NCBI GenBank assembly: GCA_963710375.1
Contig: CAVPZX010000004.1
Location: forward strand, 160,001 to 224,000
DNA from: Nitrospirota bacterium
GTDB taxonomy: Bacteria > Nitrospirota > Thermodesulfovibrionia > Thermodesulfovibrionales > Dissulfurispiraceae
DNA length: 64,000 bases
Direction of reading: 5' to 3'
Of this stretch, positions 60,484-64,000 are shown piece by piece. The notes beneath the pieces are model-generated. The model ran no database searches, was not told the DNA's origin, and saw nothing but the letters and a program-made list of their open reading frames with translations. The position numbers and the translations under genes were made by a program. The stretch's first letter is position 1, and each line of letters starts with the position of its first letter.

Positions 60484-61614
60484 TCAGAACCTGAAAAAGT
60501 GTCTGAACGTCTTGATATAGTCTATAAGGATTCTGTTTCTGTCCTGTTTCTTATTAAGCCATAACTCTATCGCAAGTGCCTGCACCTCGGAGCTTTTATG
60601 GAGTTGAACCCATTTTTCTATATTTTCGTTATTCCTGAAGAGATACTTTTTGATTGTGCGCATAAGCAGAAATCTCCTGCGAAACCTGCTTTCCCAGAGT
60701 TTTTTGTATGCGTCAGGGCTGCTTTCTATGAGCGCTCGCGCTGCCAATTCGCCGGATTTCATTGCATAGTATATCCCCTCATAGATCACGGGCATTACCA
60801 TGCCCGCCGCATCTCCGGTAAAGAGGACATTACCCCTGTTAAACAGTGTGCCTGTCCATTCCGGCATTTTAAACGCGCGGGTCTTGCCGAGAAGTTCTTG
60901 CCCGTTTAATTCAGCGAGAGGGGTGTTGAACCTTCTTCTGGCAAAGGTATCGAGAAAGGCGGTAAGGTTTCGGGGCGTGGAACTGCCGGTGCCGATCGAA
61001 GCATATCCCCTTGAAGGGAAAACCCAGGAGTAGAAGCTCGAAGCATGTTCCGTCCCGAACCAGAATTCGCACACATCGTAATCAGCGGGTTTTATAAGGG
61101 CGCTGATGGTACTGATGGCGCGCGGTCTCGGCACCTGCAACGACGCAGCGACTTTGGACGTTATGCCGTCTGCGGCAATGACATAGTCTGATTTAATACG
61201 CATTTCCTCGCGTGTCGGCTTCCCGGTGATGACCGAAGTGACGGTACTTCCCGTCTCCTCGAACCTGTTGAACATGCCCTCTATTACTGAAGCGCCCTGC
61301 GCGACAGCCAATTCTCTTAAATGTGTATCGAACGCCCCTCTTTCCGTGATGAAAAGAGATCCCCCCGAAAGCTCAACATCGATCTTTTCGCTGCAAGGAG
61401 AAACAATGCGGACCTTTTTAACTTTCTTTATAACGGTGTTTTCAGGTATGTCCAGCTCATCGAATGCGGAAGAGGGAATGCCGCCGCCGCACGGTTTTAC
61501 ATATGAGAGGTCACGTTCGACAAGTGTTGTCTCGATCTTGTTTCTTGCCAGTATTCTTGCAGCAGTAGCTCCGGCAGGCCCACCGCCGATGATAAGGACA
61601 TTAGTGCGTAACAT
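60484..61614 (-). CDS. Geranylgeranyl-reductase-family flavoprotein
   Basis: IIGGGPAG, KPCGGGIP, YSWVFP, GDAAG..EGIYYAMKSG. Confidence 0.9.
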   Translation of the reverse strand: MLRTNVLIIGGGPAGATAARILARNKIETTLVERDLSYVKPCGGGIPSSAFDELDIPENTVIKKVKKVRIVSPCSEKIDVELSGGSLFITERGAFDTHLRELAVAQGASVIEGMFNRFEETGSTVTSVITGKPTREEMRIKSDYVIAADGITSKVAASLQVPRPRAISTISALIKPADYDVCEFWFGTEHASSFYSWVFPSRGYASIGTGSSTPRNLTAFLDTFARRRFNTPLAELNGQELLGKTRAFKMPEWTGTLFNRGNVLFTGDAAGMVMPVIYEGIYYAMKSGELAARALIESSPDAYKKLWESRFRRRFLLMRTIKKYLFRNNENIEKWVQLHKSSEVQALAIELWLNKKQDRNRILIDYIKTFRHFFRF

Positions 61615-61627
61615 GACAAATTAGAAT

Positions 61628-61715
61628 CAGGTCAAGGTTGAGGTTAAGGTTAAGAGAGAGTCTTCTTTGGCTGTTTTTCAATTTTAACCTTAACCTCAAC
61701 CTTAACCTTAACCTG
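61628..61715. repeat. Inverted hexamer repeat, (AGGTTA)n ... (TAACCT)n
   Basis: aggtca aggttg aggtta aggtta ... taacct taacct caacct taacct taacct. Confidence 0.88.
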
Positions 61716-61722
61716 TCCTTTT

Positions 61723-62160
61723 TTACCCCCTAACAGTCAGAACAGGGCATGGGGCATAGCGAACTACCTTCTCTGCAGTGCTCCCGAATAAAAAACGGTC
61801 CAGCCCTTTTCTGCCGTGCGTTCCTATGACGATAATGTCGATATTTTTTTCCTTGGCAAATTTCAGTATCTCATCATAGGGAATTCCGCGTAAGACTGTA
61901 TATTCCACATCCTTTAAATCCTTCAGCTCTTCACAGCCGAATTTTTCAAGCTCCTTTTGAGCGCTTTTCCCGAGGTCTTTGTACATTTCATCAAAAGAAA
62001 CGTGAGGTACGTAGAGTCCTGATGCTGTTGCGACATCATAGATTACATGGATCATATACAGCTTGGCATTGCAACTCTTTGCCATATCCAATGCATAAGG
62101 CAGGGCATACAGCGCTCCTTCGGAAAAGTCAGTAGGGAAAAGAATCCGTTTTGTCAACAT
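61723..62160 (-). CDS. Universal stress protein
   Basis: ILFPTDFS, IVIGTHGRKG, FGSTAEKVVR.APCPVLTV. Confidence 0.95.
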   Translation of the reverse strand: MLTKRILFPTDFSEGALYALPYALDMAKSCNAKLYMIHVIYDVATASGLYVPHVSFDEMYKDLGKSAQKELEKFGCEELKDLKDVEYTVLRGIPYDEILKFAKEKNIDIIVIGTHGRKGLDRFLFGSTAEKVVRYAPCPVLTVRG

Positions 62161-62180
62161 GATGATAAGCCTCCTTTTCT

Positions 62181-62268
62181 TAATTAAGAATTACGAATTA
62201 AGAATTAAGAATTGTGGAAAACATTTTGCTCATTTATTCCTAATTCCTAATTCCTAATTCCTAATTCT
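62181..62268. repeat. Inverted heptamer repeat, (GAATTAN)n ... (TAATTCC)n
   Basis: gaattac gaattaa gaattaa ... taattcc x3; overlaps the coaX stop. Confidence 0.85.
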
Positions 62269-63037
62269 TTAGGTATATCAAACGCAGTCCCTCAAACGTC
62301 AAATGGGGGCGATGAATAAAAGCCCTGTTTATAAAAGATGAAACTAATGGTGCGTTCCCTCCAGTCAGGACTAATTGTAACTTAATTTTAAGCTCTTTCT
62401 CCATCATTATTATGAGTTTTTCCACCGCACCGGCTGTTCCGTATACAATGCCGGATATAATGGATGACGCTGTATCTGTCCCGAGGGCCTTTTCCAGTGC
62501 ATCGGTGGAGACGAGAGGCAATTTTGCCGTTCCTGAGTTCAACGCTTTCAGCATCAGATAGATGCCGGGGGAAATGGCGCCTCCGAGAAGCGCGGACTTT
62601 TTCCCTACAACCGTGATAGTGGTTGCTGAGCCGAAATCCAAAACCGCTGTCGGCCGCCCCTTATTACAGTTAATCCCTGCAACGGCATTTGCGATCCTGT
62701 CGGCCCCGAGCTTGAACGGTTCTTTTACGCTAAAGGTAAGACCGCTGTTTGTTCCTGCGCTGACATATAGCGGACGTTTTCTGCAGAAAGAGGCGAGTGG
62801 CTTGTTTATTGCAGCGTTTCGGGCCGGGACCACTGAAGCAACAATCGCGGAAATGGACCTGGGTATGTTCTCAGTATGCGTCTCTTTTATCATTTGAGAG
62901 ATAATCTTTTTATAGAAGCCTGATGTTCGGGCAGGATGAGTCGGAACTTTTCTGACGATCAGAGATGTGCTATGTAACGGATCAGGGAATAAACCGAAAC
63001 CGATATTGGAATTTCCGATATTAACAGCAATCAACAT
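62261..63037 (-). CDS. coaX: Type III pantothenate kinase
   Basis: LGADRIAN, LDFGSATT, GGAISPG, TAKLP, LTGGNA. Confidence 0.92.
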   Translation of the reverse strand: MLIAVNIGNSNIGFGLFPDPLHSTSLIVRKVPTHPARTSGFYKKIISQMIKETHTENIPRSISAIVASVVPARNAAINKPLASFCRKRPLYVSAGTNSGLTFSVKEPFKLGADRIANAVAGINCNKGRPTAVLDFGSATTITVVGKKSALLGGAISPGIYLMLKALNSGTAKLPLVSTDALEKALGTDTASSIISGIVYGTAGAVEKLIIMMEKELKIKLQLVLTGGNAPLVSSFINRAFIHRPHLTFEGLRLIYLKN

Positions 63038-63843
63038 CCTTGCCTCAGTATGGTAACATCTCCCGCATTTATTTTCACAACGGAACTGTCCTGGAGTCTA
63101 AGTATAAGCAGCCCTTCATTGTCAATGCCCTCTGCCAGGCCGGTGAGTTTCATTTCTCCTGTAGTGGCAGTAACAGTGCGGCCTATAGTGGAGGATAGGC
63201 TTTTCCATTTGTCAATGACAGGACCCTTTCCTGACTGCAGAAGAGTAGTGTACCAGTAGTCCAGAGATTTTATTATTTCGAGCGCGTACAGAGTCCTTGA
63301 TTGAGGATGTCCGGTTTGAAGCATGACCGACGTTGCAGTTTCCCGGATATTGTCCGGCATGTCGGAACTGTCGAGGTTTAGGTTGATCCCGATGCCGATC
63401 ACGGCATAATCAATGCTATCGGCGTCCGCCTTCATTTCGGTAAGGATGCCTCCTATTTTTTTGTCCGCCACCATTAAATCATTAGGCCATTTAATAGATA
63501 CTGGGACAGAAGAGAGACTTTGTATTGCTGACGTGCATGCAACAGCGGACATAAGAGTGAGTATTGATGCATCCTTCGGTGGTATGCCGGGCCGCACTAT
63601 GATACTGAGATACAAATTTTTCCCGGCCGGAGATACCCATGTTCTCCCTCGCCTTCCTCTTCCTTCTGTCTGGCTGTCGGCTATGATGACAGTACCTTCC
63701 CGCTGCCCTTTTGCGGCGAGTCCGACTGCCTCTGTGTTGGTCGAACCGGTTAGCGGGAAAAAAACTATTTCACTGCCGATTGTTACATTCTGATTTGAAA
63801 GGCCGTCTCTGATTTCCTTGACAGAGAGTTCAGCGCTCCGCAT
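63031..63843 (-). CDS. birA: Biotin--acetyl-CoA-carboxylase ligase (no HTH)
   Basis: STN, QTEGRGRRGRTWVSP, KWPND, KKIGGILTE. Confidence 0.95.
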   Translation of the reverse strand: MRSAELSVKEIRDGLSNQNVTIGSEIVFFPLTGSTNTEAVGLAAKGQREGTVIIADSQTEGRGRRGRTWVSPAGKNLYLSIIVRPGIPPKDASILTLMSAVACTSAIQSLSSVPVSIKWPNDLMVADKKIGGILTEMKADADSIDYAVIGIGINLNLDSSDMPDNIRETATSVMLQTGHPQSRTLYALEIIKSLDYWYTTLLQSGKGPVIDKWKSLSSTIGRTVTATTGEMKLTGLAEGIDNEGLLILRLQDSSVVKINAGDVTILRQGC

Positions 63844-64000
63844 TTTGTTTCTTTTCGGGCCACGCGCAATCTGTGTATAAAACGCAAATAGAGCAGCTCG
63901 GATTCTTAGCCGTACAGGTTTCCCTTCCGTGCAGGATAAGGGCGAGACTGAAGCGTGTCCACTTATCCTGCGGTATTTCCTGCATAAGCTCCAGTTCCAT
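63830..64000 (-). CDS. nth: Endonuclease III, 3' end (truncated by window edge)
   Basis: Translates ...LILHGRETCTAKNPSCSICVLYTDC..., the Cx6Cx2Cx5C FeS motif. Confidence 0.88.
   Translation of the reverse strand: MELELMQEIPQDKWTRFSLALILHGRETCTAKNPSCSICVLYTDCAWPEKKQNAER

Noticed and set aside
60484..61614. ChlP/BchP-like reductase as a sign of phototrophy
   Set aside because: No other pigment genes; the family is widespread and sits in a housekeeping operon

Overview
Bacterial chromosomal window with about 58 protein genes. I saw no rRNA, tRNA, CRISPR array or intact transposase/integrase. Gene content suggests an anaerobic diderm, possibly Nitrospirota/Thermodesulfovibrionia-like (inference only). 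Housekeeping genes: trmJ, tsaA/trmO, nudC, mutS2, rnhA, U32, pyrE, rsmA, coaX, birA, partial nth. Accessory blocks: an oxidative-stress cluster (osmC, rubredoxins, ferritin-like); a MarR-controlled QueG-like FeS/SCP2 gene; lutABC-larA; higBA; a CheW-CheZ fusion; an ArsR-RND efflux operon; and a metal/copper-trafficking region with no nosZ in the window. That region holds a Cys/HPP leader ORF, a NosL-barrel fusion, tandem NosL paralogs, ABC transporters and a secreted heme-c beta-propeller with blade-aligned His/Cys residues. Non-coding highlights: two 168-188 bp elements with long perfect terminal inverted repeats, folded interiors and shared flanks, and a family of about 8 inverted-microsatellite palindromes, two translated inside proteins. 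Five of six frameshifts are single-base insertions exactly inside AG^CT, which points to a DNA-modification-linked sequencing artefact.
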